Positions 1 through 8,323 of a DNA stretch of 64,000 bases are shown piece by piece. The first letter of the stretch is position 1; each line of letters starts with the position of its first letter. Location of the stretch: contig JBGQCF010000001.1 of NCBI GenBank assembly GCA_041495205.1, forward strand, positions 64,429 to 128,428. The letters run 5' to 3'. The stretch comes from Gammaproteobacteria bacterium (lineage in GTDB: Bacteria > Pseudomonadota > Gammaproteobacteria > Burkholderiales > JAHFRG01). The translations under genes were made by a program, and so were the position numbers. Under the pieces are notes generated by a model. The model ran no database searches. It had not been told where the DNA came from and saw only the letters and a list, made by a program, of their open reading frames with translations.

Positions 1-640
1 TTCCAAAGTGGTAAAACCTGCTTAAGCTGATCATTCGAAAGTTCCGGCATCCTATCACCCAAAATTTCATCAGAAGATCGTCATCGCTACTCATCCCGGG
101 GCTGAATTCCAGGCTATATCCGCCTACTAGATGCCACCACTTCCGAAGAACAAGCGTGGGTTGTGAACCCTGACCTTCAACGTCAGTTTTCGTAACCGAC
201 ATGTAATTCTCCAACATCTTAAATTCATCGAAGTCGCTCGGGGTGCTCCCGAAGTCTTGAACAATGACACAAGGATGGCCAGTGTCATACGGCTGAATCA
301 TGGCGGAAAAAAACAGCGCCAGATCGGTCTTCGAGGATTTAATGGCATTTACAAATGCGGTGTCCCACCCTGGGCAGCAGACCATGTCATCATTCACGTA
401 AACAATCCAGTCATTCTTGGCCTGAGCCGCCAAATGATTTACAGAAAGACAGACCCCGATATTTTTCTTTGTATGGCTGTGTTTAAGACCCTGCGATCGA
501 ACCCACTCTAGGGTGCCGTCAGACCCATCATTAACGTGGATTAATATTTCGTGGTCATAGCTTGAAAATTTTCTTATGCTTTCAACGCATAGTTTTAAGT
601 ACGCCAAATTGTTCCATGTCGGAATTAACACGCTGAACAT
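1..640 (-). CDS. Glycosyltransferase family 2, 3'-partial (runs off the left window edge)
   Basis: Absent from the ORF track because it has no in-window stop. My minus-strand translation from ATG 640-638 stays open to base 1: MFSVLIPTWNNLAYLKLCVESIRKFSSYDHEILIHVNDGSDGTLEWV...NDWIVYVNDDMVCCPGWD. It has a GT2-type N-terminus and an acidic DD(D) motif. The + ORF 257..511 is its antisense shadow. Confidence 0.75.
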   Translation of the reverse strand, partial: MFSVLIPTWNNLAYLKLCVESIRKFSSYDHEILIHVNDGSDGTLEWVRSQGLKHSHTKKNIGVCLSVNHLAAQAKNDWIVYVNDDMVCCPGWDTAFVNAIKSSKTDLALFFSAMIQPYDTGHPCVIVQDFGSTPSDFDEFKMLENYMSVTKTDVEGQGSQPTLVLRKWWHLVGGYSLEFSPGMSSDDDLLMKFWVIGCRNFRMISLSRFYHFG

Positions 641-740
641 TGGCAGCACCCCCTATTTATCATCCGTCGAAATATTTCCGAATAATGAATATATACTGGA
701 CACGAGTGCTTATTGCCGCTAAAAAGACAGGGATCTGAAT

Positions 741-2000
741 TTATACCAGCCTGTTTTCAACGACATCCGAGCTGTCACTATTTGTAGCAGCAGCTAACAG
801 AGCTGCTACCGTCAGGCTGTAAAATGCAGCGGTCATCTTAAGGTCGAAAATTTCAACCGTCAGTCCAAAAATAAAAAATCCGACCACCAGGCACACCCCG
901 AGCATCGCGGCAGTTCTTTTCAGGCGTGAGCCGGATTTAGAAGACTGAACAAAGATTGCGAAGGGCACAAAGTAAATGGACAGGATTGATGCCAGCCCCA
1001 AAAGTCCAAACCTCACTGTGGCCGCAAGAATTTCATTATGCACCTCCCCCATTCCTTGGTACGCCGCTTCCTTCGTAATAAAACCTGCTTGACTCAACGG
1101 CCCCATCATCTGGCTGAATCCATCAGGGCCTACACCGAATATCGGGTTTCGTGTAAACAAATAGATAGCGGCCTTCCAATGCTGGAAGCGTATCCCAATT
1201 GCGGTGTCTTCATTCCCCTGGGTAAAAGCGACGATATCTCCGTATATGTCGTCGATTCGGTGATGAATTCCATCAAAGAGTATATAACTGACGAAGCTCG
1301 CTGACACGATTAACGCGATCACCAAGGTGGATCTGGTCAACGTTTTCTCTTTGCTGTGGTATAGCGCCCAAATGATTGCTAATATCGGCACCGCAACCCA
1401 ACCGCCGCGAGAGCCTGTCTGAATAGAGGAATAAATGCCGGCGGCCAATGCCGAAACTTTCAAAATGAGAACCGGAACCGGATCTTTTCGCACCCAGTTA
1501 ACGCTAAACAACGAAAGAAAGCCGAGAATTAGCGATAAATCGCCAAAATGGATGGGATTTAAAAAGTACGAACCCAGCCGACCGCTCAAACCTTTCGGAT
1601 AGAGTGAAATCACCAGAGTCGAGGCAATTGCCCCCAAGGGGAAACCATATTGCAATACCGTTATTGCCGAAATTCGAGTGCGCCGCAACGCTAAATAAAT
1701 TGGAATCGCAAGCAAAAATCTGGAGGGCGCATCGTAAGGTGGTGGCGTAAATTTTGCGTGATAGGCTTGACTGAAAAAAACGGCCAAAACGAGGGAGACC
1801 ATGGCTGCGCTGTAAACGACAGCATTGCGATCCCAGGTTTCATAGGCGTGTTCTTTTTTTGTTTGAGCCAGAAAGTACAGAGAAATTATCACCAGCAAAA
1901 AAAAACATCCGTTAACCCCTCCTTTTAAAGTGAGAAGTAGGATAGGGTAAGAAAATAAAATAATCGGTATCGAACGATTCACGATTGAGCTTATTTTCAC
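741..2000 (-). CDS. O-antigen ligase/polymerase family membrane protein (Wzy_C domain)
   Basis: 419-aa polytopic membrane ORF. TGSRGGWVAVPIL, FGVGPDGF and GEVHNEILAATVRFGLLGL fit the Wzy_C / O-antigen-ligase domain pattern. Sequence alone cannot separate ligase from polymerase. Confidence 0.75.
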   Translation of the reverse strand: MKISSIVNRSIPIILFSYPILLLTLKGGVNGCFFLLVIISLYFLAQTKKEHAYETWDRNAVVYSAAMVSLVLAVFFSQAYHAKFTPPPYDAPSRFLLAIPIYLALRRTRISAITVLQYGFPLGAIASTLVISLYPKGLSGRLGSYFLNPIHFGDLSLILGFLSLFSVNWVRKDPVPVLILKVSALAAGIYSSIQTGSRGGWVAVPILAIIWALYHSKEKTLTRSTLVIALIVSASFVSYILFDGIHHRIDDIYGDIVAFTQGNEDTAIGIRFQHWKAAIYLFTRNPIFGVGPDGFSQMMGPLSQAGFITKEAAYQGMGEVHNEILAATVRFGLLGLASILSIYFVPFAIFVQSSKSGSRLKRTAAMLGVCLVVGFFIFGLTVEIFDLKMTAAFYSLTVAALLAAATNSDSSDVVENRLV

Positions 2001-2253
2001 GATTATAACGTTTACCTAAGTTAAAGCGGTTGTCGAAAGCGCTTCTCTATGGTGGGAAATCGACAGAGGGTTGTTGGCAACCCTGTGTATTCTCCTTGAT
2101 TGAAATGCTTGCTTCGTAGAAATGAGAATATCATTATTATGACTGGCTAGTCGTTAAAATAAAGTTTAAAGGGTTGAGTCCATTTTGTGAATCGTTGTTA
2201 ACGTGATGCTTATTGGCGGATGAAGTGTGCGGAATTATTGAGCGAGTTTTCGT

Positions 2254-2520
2254 TTAACGCAGAGGTGTCCGATTCTCGAGCTGGGCCGTAAACCGGTTCA
2301 ATCCCACTTTCTAACCTCAAATAGGCATCGTCCTGGATTGTGTACCGATGATCAGATAGAAGAATTTCAGCTAAGTCTCGCTGCTTGGGGATGAGCCGCA
2401 GTTATTCATGACCTTGTGCAGGCTCATGTTCACCGAATCATTGGTGTTGGTGGTGTAGATGACGCTCTTGATATCCGGCGGGTAATCAAGAATGGGGTGA
2501 TGCGCGGCCTGTCGAAGGCG
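2254..2520 (-). mobile_element. IS256-family (mutator-type) transposase C-terminal remnant, degenerate
   Basis: Minus-strand reading from 2520: ...ILDYPPDIKSVIYTTNTNDSVNMSLHKVMNNCGSSPSSET*LKFFYLIIGTQSRTMPI*G*KVGLNRFTAQLENRTPLR*. This recalls the conserved C-terminal block of IS256-family transposases (DYPxEIRxxIYTTNxIESLN...RGxFP...LKLLYLA...KWTMPIxxW..ALNxF). It carries three in-frame stops and lacks roughly the first 300 aa. Confidence 0.6.
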
Positions 2521-4401
2521 CTAGGCATGAATTTGTACGGTATTGTATTCCGGCACCCACTTGAGTAAATCCTGTTTTACCTGATCATCCTTAAGCGTAG
2601 TGTTCTGGCCGAGCCATAACGTTACTCCGGCGAGCCATTCCCCATTCACTTGCCTGGCGAGAGCGATGCGAAGTTTCGGGTGGTGTGTCGGCAGGGTATT
2701 TTCATCGTCGGCAAGCAGTTCTTCGTAGAGCTTTTCGCCGGGGCGCAAGCCGGTAAAGACGATTTTTATTTCGTCTTCGCTGAAACCGGAAAGACGGATC
2801 AAATCTTTGGCGAGTTCGGCGATTTTTACCGGTTCGCCCATGTCCATGACAAAAATTTCGCCGCCCTTTCCCATCAGGCCCGCCTGCAGCACCAGTTGCG
2901 CGGCTTCGGAAATGGACATGAAGTAGCGAATGATTTCCGGATGCGTGACGGTCACCGGCCCGCCTTTCTCGATCTGCTCGCGGAATTTCGGGATCACGCT
3001 GCCGGTGCTGCCCAGCACATTACCGAAGCGCACCATCACAAAACGCGTGCTCGATGACTGCTGCAAGGCCTGGCACAGCATTTCCGCAAGGCGCTTGCTC
3101 GCGCCCATGACATTGGTGGGATTGACCGCTTTATCCGTGGAAACCAGCACGAATTTTTCAATCCGGTGCTCGACCGCAGCCTGCGCCAGAACATAAGTGC
3201 CAAGCGCGTTGTTGAGCACCGCTTCCCAGGCGTTTTGCTCCTCCATCAACGGCACATGCTTGTAGGCCGCGGCGTGAAACACGATGGAAGGACGATATTG
3301 CGCCAACACCTGGTCTACCCGCGAGCGGTTCTTCACATCACCGATGACACAGGCCACCGCAGTATCCGGAAAATCGCTTTGAAATTCCTGCTCGATGCGG
3401 TAAAGCGCGTATTCGTTAAGATCGAATAAAATAAGCCTCTGCGGCTTGAAGCGCGCAATCTGCCGGCACAATTCGGAACCGATCGAACCCCCTGCGCCAC
3501 TGATCAAAATCGTTTTCCCGGCAAACAGCCCCTGCAGGCCGGCACTATCCAGAACAACAGGGTCACGCCCGAGTAAATCGTCGAGCTCAACGTGGCGGAT
3601 TTGCGATACCGTGACCTTGCCGCTCAGCAGGTCGTCAAACGAAGGCACCGTCAGGGCCTTCACCCCCGCCTCCACGCAGACATTCATGGCCCGGCGTCGC
3701 GCTGCGTGAGAGGCCGAGGGCATGGCAATGATGGCGTGCTGAATTTGCATGTTTTGTGAGTGAGAGGCAAGCTCGTTGATCTGTCCCAGTACTCTTACCC
3801 CGTGTAAAAGACTTCCGTGTTTTTCCGGGCCATCATCGAGAAATCCCACCACACGCCACTCGTGACTGCGCGCAAGATCCTTGACCAAGCTGGCTGCGGC
3901 ATCGCCGGCACCGAGCACAATCACCGGCTTCGCCTGCAGATTGGCGACGCTGTACAGCCGACGCTCTTTCCATAGCCGGTAGGCAATGCGGCTGCCGCAC
4001 ATGATGAGGAAAAGCAGTATCGGATCCAGAACCAGCACCGAGCGCGGAACCAAAGCCGGAATACGCAGCATCAAGAGCACGAGCGGAGCGGCCATTGCCG
4101 CCGACGCAACCGCAAGGAGGATGCGTTTCAGATCGGGTAGGCTGGCGTAGCGCCAGATGCCCCGGTAAAGGCCAAACCACAAAAAAATGAGCGCCTGCGA
4201 CAGCACAACCCATGGCAGCGTCTGCCACATGCTTCGCAGTTGAGGATGCTCGAAATCCATGTTGAAACGCAGCCAGTAGGCGAGACACCACGCGAGAGCC
4301 ACCGCGACCAGGTCGTGGCCAAAGGCAAGCCAAGCACGGAGGTTGACCCTAGGCGGAAACATAATTGCCGGAATGTCTTTTCCAGTAACGGTCGAAAACA
4401 A
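2521..4401 (-). CDS. Membrane-anchored nucleotide-sugar 4,6-dehydratase, WbpM/PglF/CapD family
   Basis: 626 aa with N-terminal TM helices. VLGAGDAAASL, ILISGAGGSIGSELCRQI, FHAAAYKHVPLME and MGASKRLAEM are the long-form CapD/WbpM signature. The internal Met at 4362 is an alternative start. Confidence 0.85.
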   Translation of the reverse strand: MFSTVTGKDIPAIMFPPRVNLRAWLAFGHDLVAVALAWCLAYWLRFNMDFEHPQLRSMWQTLPWVVLSQALIFLWFGLYRGIWRYASLPDLKRILLAVASAAMAAPLVLLMLRIPALVPRSVLVLDPILLFLIMCGSRIAYRLWKERRLYSVANLQAKPVIVLGAGDAAASLVKDLARSHEWRVVGFLDDGPEKHGSLLHGVRVLGQINELASHSQNMQIQHAIIAMPSASHAARRRAMNVCVEAGVKALTVPSFDDLLSGKVTVSQIRHVELDDLLGRDPVVLDSAGLQGLFAGKTILISGAGGSIGSELCRQIARFKPQRLILFDLNEYALYRIEQEFQSDFPDTAVACVIGDVKNRSRVDQVLAQYRPSIVFHAAAYKHVPLMEEQNAWEAVLNNALGTYVLAQAAVEHRIEKFVLVSTDKAVNPTNVMGASKRLAEMLCQALQQSSSTRFVMVRFGNVLGSTGSVIPKFREQIEKGGPVTVTHPEIIRYFMSISEAAQLVLQAGLMGKGGEIFVMDMGEPVKIAELAKDLIRLSGFSEDEIKIVFTGLRPGEKLYEELLADDENTLPTHHPKLRIALARQVNGEWLAGVTLWLGQNTTLKDDQVKQDLLKWVPEYNTVQIHA

Positions 4402-5377
4402 TCATGCCAAGTGTGTAAGCCGCACTCCAGCCGGCAACCAAAACAATTTGGCTGATCTCATCCTTGCCGATAGCCCACAGGGCGGATAAACCGGCAACGA
4501 GCATCAGAGCATACTCAAACCAGGCGGTTTTGCGATGCCCCCAGCCGATTTGCACCAGCCGCTGGTAATAATGCCCGCGATGCGCCTGCCAGATTTTTTC
4601 CCGCTTCAACGCGCGCTTAAGCAACGTGACGCTGGCATCAACAATAAAAGGCGAAAAAACCAATAGTGGAAACCAGAACGGCCAGTTGTTTTGCGACCAA
4701 CCCATGAGGCCCAGCGTTGCCGCGAGAAAGCCCAGTGGTATGGAACCGGCATCGCCCAAGAAGATTTTGGCCGGGTAGAAATTGAATAACAGAAAGGCAA
4801 GTGCCGCAGCGGCCACGGAGAAATTGACAGCGGCGAAAGACTCGCTGCCCGTCTGCCAGGCGGCGATGCCGTAAAAGCTAAAGCCGAACAGCGCCATTCC
4901 CCCGGCGAGCCCGTCCGAGCCATCCATGAAATTATACAGGTTGGTCATCCAGGCCGTGGCGAGAATGAAAAGCGGCAGTAACAGAACGCCGCCCGCGTTT
5001 GACCACAATATCGCGGCGATGGCCGCAGCCAGAAAATGCGCCGGCAGCCGCCAGACCGGGGAGATGCCGTAGATATCGTCGAGCAACGATATGGCGAGTA
5101 ACAGGGCCAGCGCGATCCAGAGCGGCCATGGCGGCAACAGCAGAAGAAACGAAATGAAGACGCCGAACATCAATCCCAAGCCGCCGGTGCGCGGCACCGG
5201 CGCGGTATGCAGCGAACGAGGATTCGGACGATCAAGCACGATTCGCGACAGACCGCCCTTGACCAGCCACCGCAGCGCCACAAATGCCGCTGCGAACGAC
5301 AGAAGGGGCGCCCAGTAATGGGAATATAGGAAATCCGTAATCAAGGTGCGTTCATCTTCGCTTGAGAAAGAAACCAT
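4349..5377 (-). CDS. Polyprenyl-phosphate HexNAc-1-phosphate transferase (WbpL/WecA/MraY family), initiating transferase
   Basis: 342-aa polytopic ORF. NLYNFMDGSDGLAGG and FLGDAGSIPLGF are Glycos_transf_4 (MraY-like) motifs. It sits between SDR and WbpM-like genes, as wbpL does in Pseudomonas aeruginosa O-antigen loci. Confidence 0.85.
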   Translation of the reverse strand: MVSFSSEDERTLITDFLYSHYWAPLLSFAAAFVALRWLVKGGLSRIVLDRPNPRSLHTAPVPRTGGLGLMFGVFISFLLLLPPWPLWIALALLLAISLLDDIYGISPVWRLPAHFLAAAIAAILWSNAGGVLLLPLFILATAWMTNLYNFMDGSDGLAGGMALFGFSFYGIAAWQTGSESFAAVNFSVAAAALAFLLFNFYPAKIFLGDAGSIPLGFLAATLGLMGWSQNNWPFWFPLLVFSPFIVDASVTLLKRALKREKIWQAHRGHYYQRLVQIGWGHRKTAWFEYALMLVAGLSALWAIGKDEISQIVLVAGWSAAYTLGMIVFDRYWKRHSGNYVSA

Positions 5378-6372
5378 TTTGCGGTTTCCATGAGCCCCTC
5401 GTCTACCGAAAAAGATGGTTTCCAGCCAAGCTCTTTGCGGATTTTTGAGTCCTCGACTTGCAGCGAGTCAAGGAGCCGCTCCGCTTCGGCCGACATACCA
5501 AGCAATTGCGCGGCGAAGCGCAGCGCTGCGGGCGGAAAAGGCCAAAGCCGCGCCGGGCGGTGCATGGCGCGTGCCAGCCGCTTGAGAAGCTGTGCAGTCG
5601 AAACGTCCTCGTTGTCTCTAAGCAGATAAGTTTTGCCTGCCGCTTGCGGATGAGTCGCGCAGATCATTATGGCGTCAACCAGGTTCTCGACGAAGATAAG
5701 ACTCCGCGAGTTGTTTACCGAAGCAAGCGGAAGCGGAATACCGCTTTTTACCGCCTGCAACAGGCGCAGAAAATTGCCTTTTACGCCCGGCCCGTAAACC
5801 AGCGGTGCCCGCAGAATCACCACTTCCAGGTCGGTTTCATCACCGACGCGCTTCAACGCCTGCTCCGCTTCCCATTTGGACACGGCATAAGCATCCTGCG
5901 GGTTGGGAACGTCGGTTTCGGAGAAGCGCTCCCTCTCCCCTGGAGCTTGCCCTGAGTAACGCCGAAGGGGGAGAGGGTGGGGGTGAAAGACAGTTTTTTC
6001 TCCGTTGACCTTCACTGTACTTAAGAAAACCAATCGCTTGACGCCCGTCTGCGATGCCATGCGCGCCAGCCGCTCGGTTGCGTGAGTATTGACCTGGCGG
6101 AATTCCATAAGGGAATCTTCAGCAATTTCCTTCATGATGTGCACGCGCGCCGCCAGGTGAACGATGACGTCTATGCCATGTAACGCCGCCCGCCAGTCGG
6201 TGCCGGGTCCAAGCGAGTCAACACTGCAGGCGATGACCCCGGACGGGAGGACGGGTTTAGTTTGCGAGACTGAGCGGACTGTCCCTTTTACGTCCCAGCC
6301 ACAGGCAAGCAATTGCTTGCACGCTGCCTGGCCGATAAAACCGGTGGCCCCGGTTATCAAGGCGGAAGGCAT
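5341..6372 (-). CDS. NAD-dependent epimerase/dehydratase (extended SDR, WbpK/WbjF-like) with an in-frame palindromic insertion
   Basis: ITGATGFIGQAA Rossmann motif and YAVSKWEAE catalytic YxxxK. A segment VFHPHPLPLRRYSGQAPGERER lies between the conserved VKVNGE and FSETD blocks and is encoded by the hairpin at 5931-5976. Confidence 0.8.
   Translation of the reverse strand: MPSALITGATGFIGQAACKQLLACGWDVKGTVRSVSQTKPVLPSGVIACSVDSLGPGTDWRAALHGIDVIVHLAARVHIMKEIAEDSLMEFRQVNTHATERLARMASQTGVKRLVFLSTVKVNGEKTVFHPHPLPLRRYSGQAPGERERFSETDVPNPQDAYAVSKWEAEQALKRVGDETDLEVVILRAPLVYGPGVKGNFLRLLQAVKSGIPLPLASVNNSRSLIFVENLVDAIMICATHPQAAGKTYLLRDNEDVSTAQLLKRLARAMHRPARLWPFPPAALRFAAQLLGMSAEAERLLDSLQVEDSKIRKELGWKPSFSVDEGLMETAKWFLSQAKMNAP
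5931..5976. repeat. GC-rich palindromic (REP/MITE-like) unit inside a CDS
   Basis: ccctctcccc (5931-5940) is the exact reverse complement of ggggagaggg (5967-5976), with a 26-nt loop and then gtggggg. I saw only one copy in the window. Confidence 0.6.
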
Positions 6373-6392
6373 TTCCTGCCGTGGCGAATCAT

Positions 6393-7460
6393 TTAACGCA
6401 AGAACTCTTCGCCTGTTGTCAGATCTCTATCTTCGACCATCAGCTTGTGCTTTTTTAATAGTTCCAGTGTGCCCCGGAAGTCCAGCACAGAATCTGCAGA
6501 ACTGAACTCTTTAGTAAGCGCATTGCCCACCCCTTTTTCTCCGTCGCCCAACTCCGGAAGCATTGGCCGGATGGCGAAATAATCGCCGCGTTTGACGCAA
6601 TGATGAAGCTCTTCTTCCGAAACCATGATCTCGTGCATTTTTTCGCCAGGGCGTACGCCGATTATCTTAACATCGATGCCGCGGTCACCGATTAACGCCT
6701 TGGCTATGTTTATCACCGTTGCAGAAGGCGCATTGGGAACATAAGTTTCCCCTCTTTTTGCTTCCCGTAATGCGGCAAAGACCGTATTTACGGCTTGATA
6801 GAGGCTGAGCAGGAAGCGAGTCATCTCGGGAGCAGTAATCGTGACCGGCCCACCGTTTCTTATCTGATCATGAAACAGTGGAATTACCGAACCACGGGAT
6901 GACAGCACATTGCCGTAGCGCACGCAGATAAAGCGTGTACTGGGGTTTAGAATGTTCGCCGAAATGAAAATACGTTCCTGCAGCGACTTGGTCATGCCCA
7001 TCACGTTGACCGGCTTGCAGGCCTTGTCGGTGCTGATGCCGATGACAGTCTGCACCGGATAGCTGTTTTCCTGAATGGCGCGGACGATATTGTAAGCGCC
7101 GATACAATTGGTCATGATGGCTTGGGTGGGAAAATATTCACAGGTGGGAACCTGCTTTAATGCCGCCGCGTTGACCACGATGTCAGCGTTTTTCACCGCC
7201 GAGCAAACATCGTCGTAGCCGCGCACATCGCCGATGCGGAATTCGAGCACGTTGAGAAAATTGTTGTAAATCACCTCGTCGGTGGTGACGGTTTTGTGCA
7301 GATACGACACTCGCATCTCGTGCTGCTTGGCCTCGTCCCTGGAAAAGACGATCACTTTTTTGGGCGTGCCGTGTTCGCCGGAAAGCACGCGGCGCACAAA
7401 GGTCTTCCCCATGGAGCCGGTGCCGCCGGTGACCAGAATGGTTTTCCCTTCAAATATCAC
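6393..7460 (-). CDS. UDP-GlcNAc 4,6-dehydratase/5-epimerase (inverting), FnlA/WbjB/Cap5E/WbvB-like short CapD family
   Basis: 355 aa. GKTILVTGGTGSMGKTF, FSRDEAKQHEM, AAALKQVPTCEYFP and RYGNVLSSRGSVIPLF match my recollection of FnlA-type enzymes. The C-terminal tail is longer than in PseB. Confidence 0.8.
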   Translation of the reverse strand: MIFEGKTILVTGGTGSMGKTFVRRVLSGEHGTPKKVIVFSRDEAKQHEMRVSYLHKTVTTDEVIYNNFLNVLEFRIGDVRGYDDVCSAVKNADIVVNAAALKQVPTCEYFPTQAIMTNCIGAYNIVRAIQENSYPVQTVIGISTDKACKPVNVMGMTKSLQERIFISANILNPSTRFICVRYGNVLSSRGSVIPLFHDQIRNGGPVTITAPEMTRFLLSLYQAVNTVFAALREAKRGETYVPNAPSATVINIAKALIGDRGIDVKIIGVRPGEKMHEIMVSEEELHHCVKRGDYFAIRPMLPELGDGEKGVGNALTKEFSSADSVLDFRGTLELLKKHKLMVEDRDLTTGEEFLR

Positions 7461-8323
7461 TTGGATGTCTCCAAAAAGTCTTTCACTAATTCGTCTATCA
7501 TGGCTTCCCAGGTCGGGGGAGCATAGTTGAATTCCGAGCGGAATCTCGATGAATCGAGTCTGCGGTCATACTTGGGCTCTTCATCCGGGATGATTTCTAT
7601 AGGAAGGCGCATTTTCTGCTTGATAAGCGTTAATAAGCCATACTTGCTAATGGGTTCGCTGGACACGTGATAGATGCCCGATGCGCCGGGGTATTTTGCT
7701 ATCAGCATTTCAATAATTCGACTCAATTCGATGGTGGTGAAGCCGGAGAAAATGGCGTTTTTGTAGCCATGAACCACGCCCCTCTGAGCCAGAAACCACT
7801 CCAGCAGACCGCACTTGCGTAAAAGCTCCCTGCCGATAATGGATGTCCTCAATGTGACACATCCGGGCATGTTTACCTCGCCGAGAAGCTTGATCATGCC
7901 ATAGGGATCGTGCGCATCAGGAAGATCGGTTTCCTTGTAATTCCCTCTGGTCCCTGAAAAAACGCAATCTGTGCTGATATGAATCAATCTGGCGCTGAAT
8001 GTATTGCACAGAAGCGCGATCCTGTGGGGCAGAATGGTGTTAATCTCCAGGCTTAAGACGGTATCTTCAGACTCCAGTCTTTGCTTGAGGACACCCGCCG
8101 CATTGATGACAGCTTCGGGACGGAAGTCCTCCATCACTTGGGCAAGCAACCCTATGGAGCTTAATTCGATTCCTGGATAGGCATTCTTGGCGTTAAATAG
8201 CCCGAATGCGGAGTAGTCAGCAAGCTTTCCGCGCAGGGTAACGCGGGTGTCGTGGGCGAGGTAGAGCTGCTTCAGCAACTGGTGGCCCAGCATGCCGGAG
8301 CCCCCGACAATCAGGATGCGCAT
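7457..8323 (-). CDS. RmlD-fold sugar-nucleotide 4-reductase (WbvR-like)
   Basis: The ORF-track start is 8353. I prefer ATG 8323 (MRILIVGGSGMLG Rossmann start). HISTDCVFSG and YGMIKLLGE (YxxxK) fit the dTDP-4-dehydrorhamnose-reductase family. An ATGA overlap joins it to the FnlA-like gene. Confidence 0.7.
   Translation of the reverse strand: MRILIVGGSGMLGHQLLKQLYLAHDTRVTLRGKLADYSAFGLFNAKNAYPGIELSSIGLLAQVMEDFRPEAVINAAGVLKQRLESEDTVLSLEINTILPHRIALLCNTFSARLIHISTDCVFSGTRGNYKETDLPDAHDPYGMIKLLGEVNMPGCVTLRTSIIGRELLRKCGLLEWFLAQRGVVHGYKNAIFSGFTTIELSRIIEMLIAKYPGASGIYHVSSEPISKYGLLTLIKQKMRLPIEIIPDEEPKYDRRLDSSRFRSEFNYAPPTWEAMIDELVKDFLETSK

Noticed and set aside
257-511. 84-aa + ORF at the left edge.
   Set aside because: It is antisense to a GT2 gene that is open across 1-640 on the minus strand and has convincing motifs.
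2064-2087. A hairpin, cagagggttg-ttgg-caaccctgtg (10-bp stem with one mismatch), between the IS scar and the Wzy_C gene.
   Set aside because: On the transcribed (minus) strand it is not followed by a U-run, so it is not a convincing intrinsic terminator. It could be part of the decayed IS end.
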